DNA of 63,104 nt, the filler included, from Nemertoderma westbladi (Eukaryota > Animalia > Xenacoelomorpha), in NCBI GenBank assembly GCA_032718475.1. It is 3 parts of 3 records of this genome, joined end to end, with 100 filler letters (N's around TTAATTAATTAA, not from the genome) between each part and the next. Parts side by side here need not be neighbours in the genome. Positions count along the whole stretch, not along the records: positions 1 to 29,157 come from JAUCBJ010007839.1; 2 more parts are not named here. One strand, 5' to 3'. This document shows, piece after piece, positions 1 to 11,200 of the stretch. The translations under genes were made by a program, and so were the position numbers. Below the pieces are notes generated by a model. The model searched no databases. It had not been told where the DNA came from and saw nothing but the letters and a program-made list of their open reading frames with translations. The number at the start of each line of letters is the position of its first letter. Within the stretch, counting starts at the first letter, position 1.

Positions 1-1
1 T

Positions 2-3000
2 AAGAAGTACGTCGAGAAAGGATGGGCCGTGGAGTTACCGGTCGACGAACCGAACACGGACAGGACATACTACCTGCCACTCCACGTAGCTTTAGACCCA
101 AAGAAAGGTAAACTTAGGATGGTAGTCGATGCATCGGCAAAGACCGACGGAAAGTGCTTAAACGATTACCTACTAGAGGGCCCAAACATATACAATTCGG
201 GCATAGAAGTACTACTTAGATTTAGGAATGGGAAACACGCCTTCACGTGTGACATAGAAGGCATGTTCAACCAAGTCCGAGTAACAGAGGAAGATAGCGA
301 TAGTCAACGCTTCTTATGGTATAACGGCGAAGAAGAACCGCCTATAATACCGGCATATAAGATGGTAGTACAAAACATGGGGGCCAAGTCGTCCTCATTT
401 ACGACGACTATGGCAGTGAGAGACACGGTAAAGGGGAAGGAGGATAGATATAGCAGTAGGGCCGTCGACATGATCAGACGCGGTTTCTACGTAGACGACG
501 GCATGGAGTCTGGAAATACGGTTGAGGAGATACTGGAAACAGGGCGCGAGGTTCGCGACATCCTGAGAGGATCCGGCTTCAACCTGACCAAATTCCAATC
601 CAGTTCAGAAGAATTTATCAGGGAAATAGAGGACAAGAAACCAGAATCGACCATGGACAACCCTACAACAGCCAAAGGACAGGACATGGCGATTAAGAGA
701 ACGGAATCCCAGCAGAAGGCGTTGGGAATCGTGTGGGATAGGAAAACAGACGAACTGAAGTATCAGCTGAGCCAGGAGGGCGCAGACACCCATACGAAGA
801 GGGGTTACGTATCGTATATAGCAAGGATATACGATCCCTTAGGCCTAGCATCCCCATTACTAGTCACGGGGAAACAGATACTCAAGAGAGTATATAAGTT
901 GAAGGATGAGTGGGACGTAGAGGTACCAGAAGACATTAAGAAACAGTGGAGCAAATGGACAGGAGACTTGGAGAGGATGGGAACATACAACATGCCGCGA
1001 GTGTATTTCCCGGACGGGAACATGACGAATCTGGACCTACATATGTTCTCCGACGCGTCGTTAGAGGCATACGGAGCGGCACTCTATTTAGTACAACGAG
1101 AGGGGCCTCACAAGCCCAGACTAGCCTTTAGCAAAGCTAAGTCAACGCCGCCAGATTCAGCATCTGTTCCCAAGTTAGAATTAACAGCCGCGAGACTAGG
1201 AGTTAGAGCCACAGCCTACCTAGTGGATACAATTCCCAACATAGTGGAGACACACTACTGGACGGACTCCATGGTAGTGCTTGGTTGGCTACACAACGAA
1301 AAGACGAGGTACCCGATATTCGTCGCGAATAGAGTGGACGAAATAAGGGCGAGCACAGAATTGGAAAGGTGGCACTACTGCCCAACAGACGAGAACCCAG
1401 CGGACTTGCTGTCGAGGGGCGTGGAACGCCACACTTTCTTAAAGAAAGAAGTATTGTGGCAAAACGGGCCACAATTTCTGAGCGATAGGGAGGCCTGGCC
1501 GCCGATGAGGAAGGTGGACCCGGGCTCGGAAGTAGTATCAGAAGGAGAAGAGGGAGATTCAGAGGGAGAAGAGATATACTCCCAGATGGTGAGGGAGATC
1601 AGGGACGTGCAACCAGGAAGGGAACTGTGCGATAACCCGACGGATAAACTCCTCAGCTACAGTTCTAGTTGGTATAAGACCAAGAAACTAGTGGCGTACT
1701 GGAGAGCCTTTGGGAATTTCCTTGCGGGAGTCGGCAAGGACAAGAAGACCAGGACAACCATAGATCTGGAAGGAGCGGCCAAGGCAGTGATCCGCTACGA
1801 ACAACGCAAGAACTACGGCGACGAGGTGGAACGTGTCGGTAACCAACAACATCTCCGACGGGATAGCGAGTTGATCACGCTGTCGCCACAACTCAACGAG
1901 GATGGGATCCTAGTAATGAATTCAAGGGTGGGATATAACAACAGTATAGTCGTGCCACCGAAACCCATCATCATTCCCACAGGATCGCCTATAGTCCACC
2001 AGATCATATGGGACTCCCACAAATCGATACTGCATGGGGGCACCAACCGAACCCTCACAGAGATAAGGAGGACCTATTGGGTCAAACAACTAAGGAAGAA
2101 GGTTAAAGCGGTAGTGGGGCAGTGCCAGACCTGCAGACGAGCGAAGAAGGAACGAGCCGTACAGGAGATGGCGCCACTACCGGCGAGTAGGGTAAGACAG
2201 CACGACCCGCCATTTACACATTGCGGTGTGGACATGTTCGGGCCGATAAAGATCAAGGTGATGCGACACACGGAGAAACGCTACGGTATTATCTTCGTAT
2301 GCAACAATACGCGGGCGGTAGGGATAGAACTCGCCCAAGATGCAACCGCATCAGCCTTCATTAACGCCTTAGAAAGGTTTAGGGACCGCAAAGGTGGGAC
2401 GATCGCAGTGATATATAGCGACAACGGCACCAACTTTGTGGGTGCAGAGAGTGAGATGGCAGAGGCCTTAGACATCTTGGAGGGAGAAGAAGTCAGGGCG
2501 GCCATGAGAAGACGACAAGTGAAGTGGGAGAGACGGACGCCGTATGCACCACATACACTAGGATGCGTCGAAAGACTGGTGGGCAGTTCGAAACGTCTAA
2601 TGACGAAGCTGATGAACACCCACATGGTCACTGAAGACGTCTTACGGACGGTACTTGCAAAGTGCGAGGGGATCATTAATAGCAGACCGCTATACCCGGA
2701 GAATGATGACCCTGAGTCACTAGACGTGTTGACGCCTAGCCATTTCCTGATGGAAAGGCCAGCGACCATAGATATGCGGGGTGTAGACCCAGATGATATA
2801 CACTCCCGGCAAAGTTGGAAAGTAGCTAAAGCAATTAGCGCAGAGTATTGGAGGAGGTGGGTAGAAGAATACCTACCCACGCTCCATAAGTGAAGCAAGT
2901 GGAGGAAGCCAAACAGGGAGTTGAGAGAGGGAGATCTCGTAATCGTCACGGATGATACTATCATCAACAACCAATGGCGGTTGGCGAGAGTTGTAGGCAC

Positions 3001-3127
3001 CTACTCCGACGAGGACGGAAGAGTCCGATCGGTAGAAGTGCGGATAGGTGGAAAGATAGGTGCGAAAGACAGGAAAACCTACAGGAGAGCAGTAGGTAAA
3101 TGCTGTCTCCTAGAAGGGGCACCTTAA
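2..3127 (+). CDS. pol: BEL/Pao pol polyprotein (RT, RNase H/peptidase A17-like, integrase, C-terminal DUF5641-like), 5'-partial, with one in-frame TGA at 2891-2893
   Basis: Frame open from base 2. Motifs KLRMVVDAS, DIEGMFNQV, FYVDD (RT); LHMFSDAS..AYGA, VPKLELTAA, WTDSMVVLGW, NPADLLSRG (RNase H); H..LHGG..CQTC, GVDMFGP, SDNGTNF, VERLV (integrase). ORF 2921-3127 (GDLVIV..WRLARVV..DGRVRSVEV) is in the same frame past the stop. Confidence 0.93.
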
Positions 3128-3240
3128 ATTAGAGTTAGTGTGAAGTTTAGTCGTCCAAGTTTTGGACTGAGGGGGGTGGGATTGAGGGCGAGACGCCCTT
3201 CCCACACAAATAAAATAAAATAAAATAAAAAATAAATAAA

Positions 3241-3925
3241 AGTTAGTTAGTTAGTAGGTACGTAGTACCTAGAGTTAGTTAGTTAGTAGGTACGTAGTAC
3301 CTAGAGTTAGTTAGTTAGTAGGTACGTAGTACCTAGAGTTAGTTAGTTAGTAGGTACGTAGTACCTAGAGTTAGTTAGTTAGTAGGTACGTAATGCCTAG
3401 ATAGAGTTAGAGGGTAGGTAGTACCGATAGTTAGAGTTAGTAGGTACGTAGTACCTAGTTAGAGTTAGAGTTAGTGGGTACGTAGTACCTAGTTAGAGTT
3501 AGAGGGTACGTAATGCCTAGATAGAGTTAGAGGGTAGGTAGTACCGATAGTTAGAGTTAGTAGGTACGTAGTACCTAGTTAGAGTTAGAGTTAGTAGGTA
3601 CGTAGTACCTAGTTAGAGTTAGAGTTAGTGGGTACGTAGTACCTAGTTAGAGTTAGAGGGTACGTAATGCCTAGATAGAGTTAGAGGGTAGGTAGTACCG
3701 ATAGTTAGAGTTAGTAGGTACGTAGTACCTAGTTAGAGTTAGAGTTAGTGGGTACGTAGTACCTAGTTAGAGTTAGAGGGTACGTAATGCCTAGATAGAG
3801 TTAGAGGGTAGGTAGTACCGATAGTTAGAGTTAGTAGGTACGTAGTACCTAGTTAGAGTTAGAGTTAGTAGGTACGTAGTACCTAGAGTTAGAGTTAGAG
3901 AGGGTACGTAGTACCACTAGTTAGA
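3241..3925 (+). repeat. Internal tandem array of hairpin-forming units (32-bp basic unit, ~120-bp higher-order unit)
   Basis: Unit AGTTAGTTAGTTAGTAGGTACGTAGTACCTAG repeated near-perfectly from 3241, then variant units with ~120-bp recurrence; core TAGGTAC-GTA-GTACCTA is an inverted repeat. Confidence 0.95.
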
Positions 3926-4431
3926 GAGAGAGAGTAAGAGGCAAAAGGGGGTAAAAATAGGATATAGATATTAGTTAGGAGTAAGTAGAGTTAGTAGCGA
4001 GAGGGGGGCATATGAGTGCAGCTGGATAAATCGTGTGGCCACACGACGCATACTGCTGTACTGCATAGGCCCACTGATTAGGCCAGAATATGGATCAAAG
4101 AGAGAACAGAATAAATCCATAGGCAGTAGTAAGTAGTAGGACAGTAGAATCAAAGCAAAATAAATAAATAAATAGAATAGGGCTAAAAATCGGAAAATAG
4201 TGGTAACACAAGAAAAGTCGTTCTAGAACATAATAAAAGTAACGGACAGAAATCGTAAATTAGGCTGATTTACTAGCTCCGAAATTAATTAGATTAAATT
4301 AGGCTTGAAAGGCGCAGTTAAGTAGAAAAGTAGGCCATTATCGAACTGTAGGAAACATCTCAATACATCACTCATCTGTATTGCGCCTTGGTAAGGCACC
4401 ACCCTGCAGGTGAGCTAGTGTAGTGTTCGGA

Positions 4432-6966
4432 ATGGCGAGTAAGCTGATCAGGAAGAGAAAGGCGGAGTCAGGAGGAAAAGAAATATTGGTGGATTTCACC
4501 GAAAGACACCCGGAGGAGAAGACGAGAGGATACTACGAGAGGTTGGAAAGGGGTCACGCGGCACGAGCGCTGCAGGATCACTTCCGGGAGGCGCACGAAC
4601 AGCGGTTGGTCGGGACCTACGGGATGCCGTCGCTGGATAACGCGATCTTCCAACACTTCCACTACGTAGTGAAAGGAGACGAGGCGAAGTTCGGGATTCC
4701 GAAGTATCCGAGGGAATCGCCGAGGAAGGACTGGAAAAGATTCATAGAGTCCGTCAACAGAGGAGGATATATGATCCTAGATGACGAGGGAACCGTGGAA
4801 GACGAAGCGGGATCGAGACGAGGAACGGCAGGATCGGCCAGGACCATACTCTTGCATTTGGCAGCGCCAAATGGGGACATCTTCTTATTCGACTTAGGGA
4901 CGTATGGGAAGAAGGACGGGCCGAAATTAGACCGACTGCCGAAAGCGGTACAGGTCTTAGTAAGAGAGAAGTCGACGACGAAAGTGGGATCGGCGATTCG
5001 CGAGGACGCGGAGAGGATCATCGGTCCGGACGCCACCAACCTCCTGGATATGCAGAAAGTCTTTATGGCTATGACGGCACCGGATGGATTGGGGGTGGTC
5101 GAGAACTTAGGCCAATGCGGGGCGGTGGCGATGGGCCAATTATTGGGGCTCGTATGCCACAAACCAATGGATTGGGGGAAGTTTAGGGAAGAATACGGAG
5201 CAGAACTAGCGAACTCGCTGAAGTGGGGAGCGAGACCGGGAAAGCAGGAGGTATATCAGTTTCGCAGAGGAGCGATAAAGGTATATCAGAAGCGATATAT
5301 CCTGCAGGAGGACTGGATGATGATAAGTTTACTTAACTTATTCATGACCGTAGTTATCGAAAGAGAACCAGGGGCATTTCTGTTATCGGGATCACCCCTA
5401 AGCTACAGGAGAGCCTTTAAGACGGCCTTTGACGGTCTGGTAGACCACCCGGGGCTGAAGGGCGAGTCGGTGTACTACAACAGCCGACATCTGGTAGATG
5501 GGGAGACGGATACACCGTATCAGAGATGGGAGCAGCTAGAGATGGATAGACGGGAAGCAAAGCGACTGGAAGAAGTCGCTAGACGGGAGAGGATAGAAGC
5601 AGAGGAGAGGGAAGAGGAGGCCAGGACACAGAGTTATGGCTTCGAGGAACAGGCGGGTCTAGACGAGCTTCATTGGACCTCGTCAGGGAGTTCGGGGGAG
5701 TCTCTAGGACGAGAATTGGGATGGACGGTGGGATCGCCGAAACAGTCGACGTCGGGGTTGCAAACGATGCCCATACCAGCGGGCGCCGAGGGCGACCAAC
5801 CGCCAAGGAAGTTAAGGGAGCTAGAGGGATGGAGAGCTACCGGCGAGAGCCAAGGCGGGAAGGGACATAGTGGATCCATCGGGATACCGGGATTGGAGAC
5901 GCTACCGGAAGAAGAGGACGACGACGACGAATTCGGAGAGATACCGCCCATCGAAAGGATAGGCCACTCGGACACGGACTGGGTTGGCGGAAGGGTGGTG
6001 ACGGCCAGTGGGGCAAGGGCCTTCTGGAACAGATCCGGCAAGCGGACCTGGGTGCACGAGGGGCCGGCGATGGATTTCGCGGGGAGCACCATCAGGTTGG
6101 GCGAGCAACCGGGGACGGCACCACGGATAGTATTCGGGGAGACGATGCCCGAGAGGGGCGGAGAGATAGACGTAAACAGGGAGAGCAACGTAGAGAAGTT
6201 CGCCTACCAGCGACTCCATAGACCGCGGAGATCGCTTGGGACGAAGGACGAGGTGGGACGCGAGACATTGGTACTCGGCTGCGACTACTGTGGGAGACAG
6301 ACCCATCGGGAAAGCAGCTGCCTATACCGGTTCCAACGGGGAACCTTTTGTCTCTATTGTAGAGAACCAAGTCACAGGATGGGGGCGTGTCCACGGTTGC
6401 ATAACCGATGTCCAAAGTGCCACTTTCGGGGACACTACGGACGCGAGTGCGACTGGATGAGCGACGAGGAGAAGTTCACGAGGTTCGAGGGGTGGGCCGA
6501 CGTCGGGGCCATGACGCGCCAGCGCATGAAGGCCCAAGAGTTCAAGTGGGGTTTCTTCCTCATAAACCAGGAGACCCACATGGAAATAATAAAGCGAAGG
6601 TTACCGTTTACCTATCAAGAGGTAGCTACGGCGGCATCGTTCGCCGGAGTTATGAACACGCAACGGTACCTGGACAGGTGGACACCAGAGAACCGGAGGG
6701 AGTTTAGGGATTTCTTGGCGGAACACGTACCAAAGGCAATGAAGATGATCCTATGGGACGCCACACGAGGGAAACAACCAGGCCATTCTGAGGGGCCACC
6801 GGCGAAGCGGTATCGGGCTTTAATAACACCAGCGCCCAAGGAGCCGACGACCGGGATCAGCAAGGAAGTGGCAGCGAAGGTCCGGAAGCAGAAAGCGGAT
6901 GATGCCAGAGGAACAGTGATAACCAAGAAACGGGCCAGGGAGGAGGACGTGAGGAGGTACAGATGA
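4432..6966 (+). CDS. Retrotransposon accessory protein: DEDDy (WRN/RNase D-like) 3'-5' exonuclease domain plus three CCHC zinc knuckles, 844 aa
   Basis: First ATG at 4432, uninterrupted ORF. ExoI-like ILDDEG (~4774-4791), ILLHLA..GDIFLFDL, LPKAVQVLV..KVGSAIRED (ExoII), NLLDMQ, ExoIII-like QKRYILQED (~5287-5313). Three exact C-x2-C-x4-H-x4-C motifs at 6280-6450. Acidic/low-complexity linker in between. Confidence 0.8.
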   Translation: MASKLIRKRKAESGGKEILVDFTERHPEEKTRGYYERLERGHAARALQDHFREAHEQRLVGTYGMPSLDNAIFQHFHYVVKGDEAKFGIPKYPRESPRKDWKRFIESVNRGGYMILDDEGTVEDEAGSRRGTAGSARTILLHLAAPNGDIFLFDLGTYGKKDGPKLDRLPKAVQVLVREKSTTKVGSAIREDAERIIGPDATNLLDMQKVFMAMTAPDGLGVVENLGQCGAVAMGQLLGLVCHKPMDWGKFREEYGAELANSLKWGARPGKQEVYQFRRGAIKVYQKRYILQEDWMMISLLNLFMTVVIEREPGAFLLSGSPLSYRRAFKTAFDGLVDHPGLKGESVYYNSRHLVDGETDTPYQRWEQLEMDRREAKRLEEVARRERIEAEEREEEARTQSYGFEEQAGLDELHWTSSGSSGESLGRELGWTVGSPKQSTSGLQTMPIPAGAEGDQPPRKLRELEGWRATGESQGGKGHSGSIGIPGLETLPEEEDDDDEFGEIPPIERIGHSDTDWVGGRVVTASGARAFWNRSGKRTWVHEGPAMDFAGSTIRLGEQPGTAPRIVFGETMPERGGEIDVNRESNVEKFAYQRLHRPRRSLGTKDEVGRETLVLGCDYCGRQTHRESSCLYRFQRGTFCLYCREPSHRMGACPRLHNRCPKCHFRGHYGRECDWMSDEEKFTRFEGWADVGAMTRQRMKAQEFKWGFFLINQETHMEIIKRRLPFTYQEVATAASFAGVMNTQRYLDRWTPENRREFRDFLAEHVPKAMKMILWDATRGKQPGHSEGPPAKRYRALITPAPKEPTTGISKEVAAKVRKQKADDARGTVITKKRAREEDVRRYR

Positions 6967-7671
6967 GTTCCCGGAGGCGAGGGAATGAGACTGAGACTGG
7001 GAGGTGGTGCGCCTGGAAGGCGCCGCATGTAACGTACGAACTATTAAATATAAATTTAATTAATGCAAATAACTATATAAGTGCAATTCGTATGTACGTA
7101 CGTAGTGATTAGCAGTAAAATATATACGTTTGGAGTAAGTACTATAGTCATACAACCTTTCTCAACTAGCTACTGGGACTGGGGGACAATGACTATGGCA
7201 CTATGGACGAGACAACTGACAATTTCACACTTCTTGAGTGCGGCGGCACGAGAGGGGGGGGAGGTTCGTCAGGAGAGATAAAAACAGTCAAAGTGGACTT
7301 GAGAATCGGAATAAGAGTGATAGAGTGAAGTGCGGAGAGAGTGCGAACGCAATCCTAGTGTGGGGGGGGGAGAATGAGAGGCTGAGTAAGGGACGAGGAG
7401 GTCCGGGGGTATGAGAGAGTTAGGGTGAGAGTGAAGGTGAGACAGGGCGAGAGTGTTGGGGAAACAAAAATCGCGTGAAGAGGTGAGCGCGATCGGCCCG
7501 ACATGAGACGCCAGGCGTAAAGGGTAGCGTTATCATACCCAGAGGGAGCGGCCCGGAAAGCCGACTCCGAGAGAAAAGATTTCCACCCCACACCCGATGC
7601 TAGATCGGGATCCAGCGGGATTGTAGCGCACTTTTTTGGTTGATGCTATCTTCTTACCGGGAAGATAGCAT

Positions 7672-7680
7672 GGGGGGGAG
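7672..7680 (+). other. Polypurine tract of the BEL element
   Basis: GGGGGGGAG immediately before TGT; preceded by an 11-bp perfect stem ATGCTATCTTC/GAAGATAGCAT (7643-7671). Confidence 0.8.
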
Positions 7681-8219
7681 TGTTAGCTTATTCAATCCCG
7701 CCAACACCCCATAAAGTTATTAGCCGATAAGCAATATTGGGAGCCGCGAGATTGGGTAATTAACCAACTCGCGCCATCCCAATAAGAATGGGAAGGAAGC
7801 ACACAATAGAGGGTCAGGGGCCAAACCCCTAACCCAAGGAGAACAGGTGGAGTTAACGGGAATACTCCACGGGGCGCCAACAAGGGTATTAACCAATCAG
7901 AGGGGGGAACGGCATCGATTGAGTAGCAGTAAGGCCACCGTGCAATATAACCAATAACCTATTAATCAGTGATTCAGTTATCTCAAGTGCAGCAGTGCTA
8001 GCGTAGGGTACAGCCAATTAGTTTAGTTAGGGGATCACGGGACTTTAGTTACCGTATCCCGCCTTGTACACATTCACAACATATCTATATCTTATAACCT
8101 TCTATTATACACCGAACTTCAGAACTCAGTCACTTTATTTCATCCTTATACACGGCGGGGACGCGTGGACTAAATTACCACAACCGGATAAATCGGGATC
8201 CCTCTTGGATCCCGTCACA
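7681..8219 (+). repeat. Putative 3' LTR (~540 bp)
   Basis: TGT...ACA termini, begins right after the PPT, ends where the LINE reading frame begins. The partner LTR is outside the window, so the end is inferred. Confidence 0.7.
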
Positions 8220-8220
8220 A

Positions 8221-11200
8221 AGGCTGGCACAGCACATATCTCAACTAAAAACAGGATCAGACAGAGTTCTTGCACTCGCGATCAAGAATTTATTCAGTAA
8301 GGAGTTCATTCTTATAGGCACATATATGCCATACAATGGGGGTTCAGAAGATGACAGATCCAAATACACTGAGGCAACTGGGTGTATTGCAGCCCTAATT
8401 GAGTCAGCAATTGAAGACAGGTACACTGAAGTTATCAAAGCTGGTGATATTAATGGCAACATCGCAACAACAGGGGCTTTATGGCATGAGGGGAACAATT
8501 ACCAATACTCTGAGTTTGGTGATCTCTGAGTCTGCAAATAAATTATTGACCAATTCGATCTGTCAGTGAGCACTCGTTACTCACACACCATGGGACCGCA
8601 TGTTTCATATCGTTTCAAAGACATATTGGGAAGGGTTAAAAGATCATCTTTCATTGATCATATTATATCAACTAAGCTCACTGATGAAAGACTTATGGTT
8701 TTCAATGATCATCCCGATAATAATTCAGACCATGTTCCGGTACAATCAAAGTATGTTCTACAATCTGAAGCAGCCTGCATCACATACACATCCAAAGCTA
8801 AAAACTCGGATTTATTATGGCAGCAGCATAGACCACCAACTTACCTTTTCAACAAGGCAACACAGGAACAAAAAGTGAGCTTCCGTGAGGAAGTAAAAAC
8901 ACTAATAGAATTGAATCAACAAACAAGAGTCTCTTGTCAAAATAATGAGGAAACAACCAAGTCTATTATAACGGCCCTACAATTAGCTTCAAAACACCAT
9001 ATACCTCATGTGTATCCTCGCAAAAACAAATGGGTACCTAGACTAGACATACAAAGGCAACGCTGCCATCTTAATGCTAATCAAAATCAAAATAATTCAC
9101 TGGAAACGTTGGCTCAACGCAGGGACAAATGGCTTGAAGAACGTCACAGTTACTGGAAATATATACGCAATCTTACTGATGTTTGCAAGACCAATAGAAA
9201 CAAATTTTGGCAAACCTTAAAAGCAGAGAAGCGGAGAACAGTTTCTGACTTATACAAGGGCCAGCTATTTCACGATTATAAGGAAACATTTAATGGAAAC
9301 AACAATCAGGATATCCTATTCTACAAGGAGTTGCTGAAATCTAGCAGTAACTGTAGCCCCAAAACCTTCAGCGTAAATGACATAGCATCAGCCATATCAC
9401 AGCTCAACACCTGCAAAGCGGCTGATATACATCACCTAACAGCTGAGCATCTCATATTCAGCCAGTCAGCAGAGCTGCTTGCACATCTTCAGGCTTTGCT
9501 TAATAACATTATGGCTTCAGGGAAAGTTCCTGAAAGCTTTTGCGCGAGTTTGTTGAAACCACTATTAAAAGGGGGTGATCGCGATATTGAGAAGACTGGA
9601 TAGAGGAATATCTATTACTCCAATTTTATCAAAGCTATGGGAAATCTTGGTTGCAGAGGACGAATGATCTGCAAATGGGGTACAAAACGAAAATGAGCAC
9701 CGAAACACCATACATTGCAGCAGCCAAATTGATTCAACTTTTTAATAATTCGGGTTCTAATGTTCACATAATTTCACTGGATCTCACAAGCGCCTTCGAT
9801 ACTGTCTCTTATACACAGCTCTTCGGGAAACTGGCAAAAGCAAACTTAAACCTCTCTGTCCTGACAACTATGTATTCTTACTACATCCAATCAAAAGCTT
9901 CTTTGGTGATAAATGGGCGAATCTCAAACTCAAAGATCTCTTTGACATGCGGCATAAGACAGGGTGGCATCCTTTCAGCACATCTTTTCAACATTTATCT
10001 CGCCAACCTCTTTGACGAATTGGCTTCTTCAGGTATAGGACTACATATTGGTAAAAAGCCATACCCTTCAATTAGATTCGCAGATGACATTATACTAATG
10101 GCCAACCTCTTTAACGACATTAACAGTCTCTTTCAAATCTGCGAGGATTACTTCAGTAGACACAATTTAACCATCAACATTACAAAAACAAAATTTGTTG
10201 TCTGTAGTAAATTTATTCTGAAACAAACCTCGGATAGATTCATCATCGCCAAGTCTGGAGGACTAATTAGACCTACAAAATCATGCAAGTTCTTGGGGCT
10301 TCCACTACCAGCAACTAATAAGAATATCTTGGATCACTTCACCCAGCGAATATGGATGAATCGTTCTAGAGTAGACACGAGAGGTCTAGCAGTAGATGAT
10401 GTACCATTAGACATTACCAGACTAGTTTTGAAGGTCATCTGCATCCAATCAATCCTCTATGGCTCAGCAATAATACCCCATCACATATTGGAAGCTTTGG
10501 ATATAATTCACCGTAGGGCTATGAGGTCGGTATTGAGGATGGGATGCTACATATCGAATAACTGACTTTATGCTTTATTCCACACATTTAATTGCAACAC
10601 TCTGGCCAGCATATGTAGGGCAAGAAACATATATTCTATTTTTAACTGTGGGAACACCAAAGTTACTTTCCTATTCAGTCATATCCTTACTCGCCATCTA
10701 GCTGGTGTAGCAAGCGAGGAGATGCTGTCGGACTACAGGCGCTCTGCATGGTTGCTCGGGCTACCCAGCCTTCAAGCCCTGACTACAGCCAGATACAGGC
10801 TCAAATGGTGCTTCGATCACATCGAAAGGGAAGATGGGAGCTTGAGGGATGAATTCTTGCTCCAGTACCTAGAAGGAATACTGCACGGGGGCCGTCCAAG
10901 TATGACGTCAGCACTTTAGGGGGGGGGGGGGGGGTTGGGAAAATCTGATGACGTGCTGATGAGGGGAGGGGAGGGGGTCAGCCAAAATCTGACGTCAGCA
11001 TGTTCATTTATAGGTGCTAGAAGAGATATAGCAGAAGAGTAAAGCTTGCCTATTTTAATTGTTCAAAGCCCCCGAAGGCCCATAGCACGACCTTCTGTTT
11101 CAGTTACCAGTCATAATGTTTCAGTGAAGAGGACGTGTGCTACTGGGGTACTGCAGTACTGGGGTTCGCCTGAAAATGAAACATTAATCCTAAGCTAATG

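Larger units (their letters stand above)
1..8219 (+). mobile_element. BEL/Pao LTR retrotransposon, 3' part (5' LTR and gag lie outside the window), with an extra ORF between pol and the 3' LTR
   Basis: pol in RT-RNaseH-integrase order with BEL-type motifs; uniform A/G-rich + strand from 1 to ~7680; polypurine tract GGGGGGGAG (7672-7680) directly followed by TGT; sequence switches into a LINE endonuclease frame right after ...TCACA at 8219. Confidence 0.9.

Noticed and set aside
3241-3925. CRISPR-like array of ~32-bp palindromic repeats next to a nuclease ORF
   Set aside because: No unique spacers (linkers are simple GTTA repeats), no cas genes, eukaryotic retrotransposon context.
4432-6966. 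env gene or a second gag
   Set aside because: No signal peptide or clear membrane anchor; no capsid-like region recognised; the N-terminal half fits an exonuclease.
395-7028. Many antisense and overlapping short ORFs in the BEL element
   Set aside because: Expected shadows of long purine-biased coding frames; no recognisable motifs.
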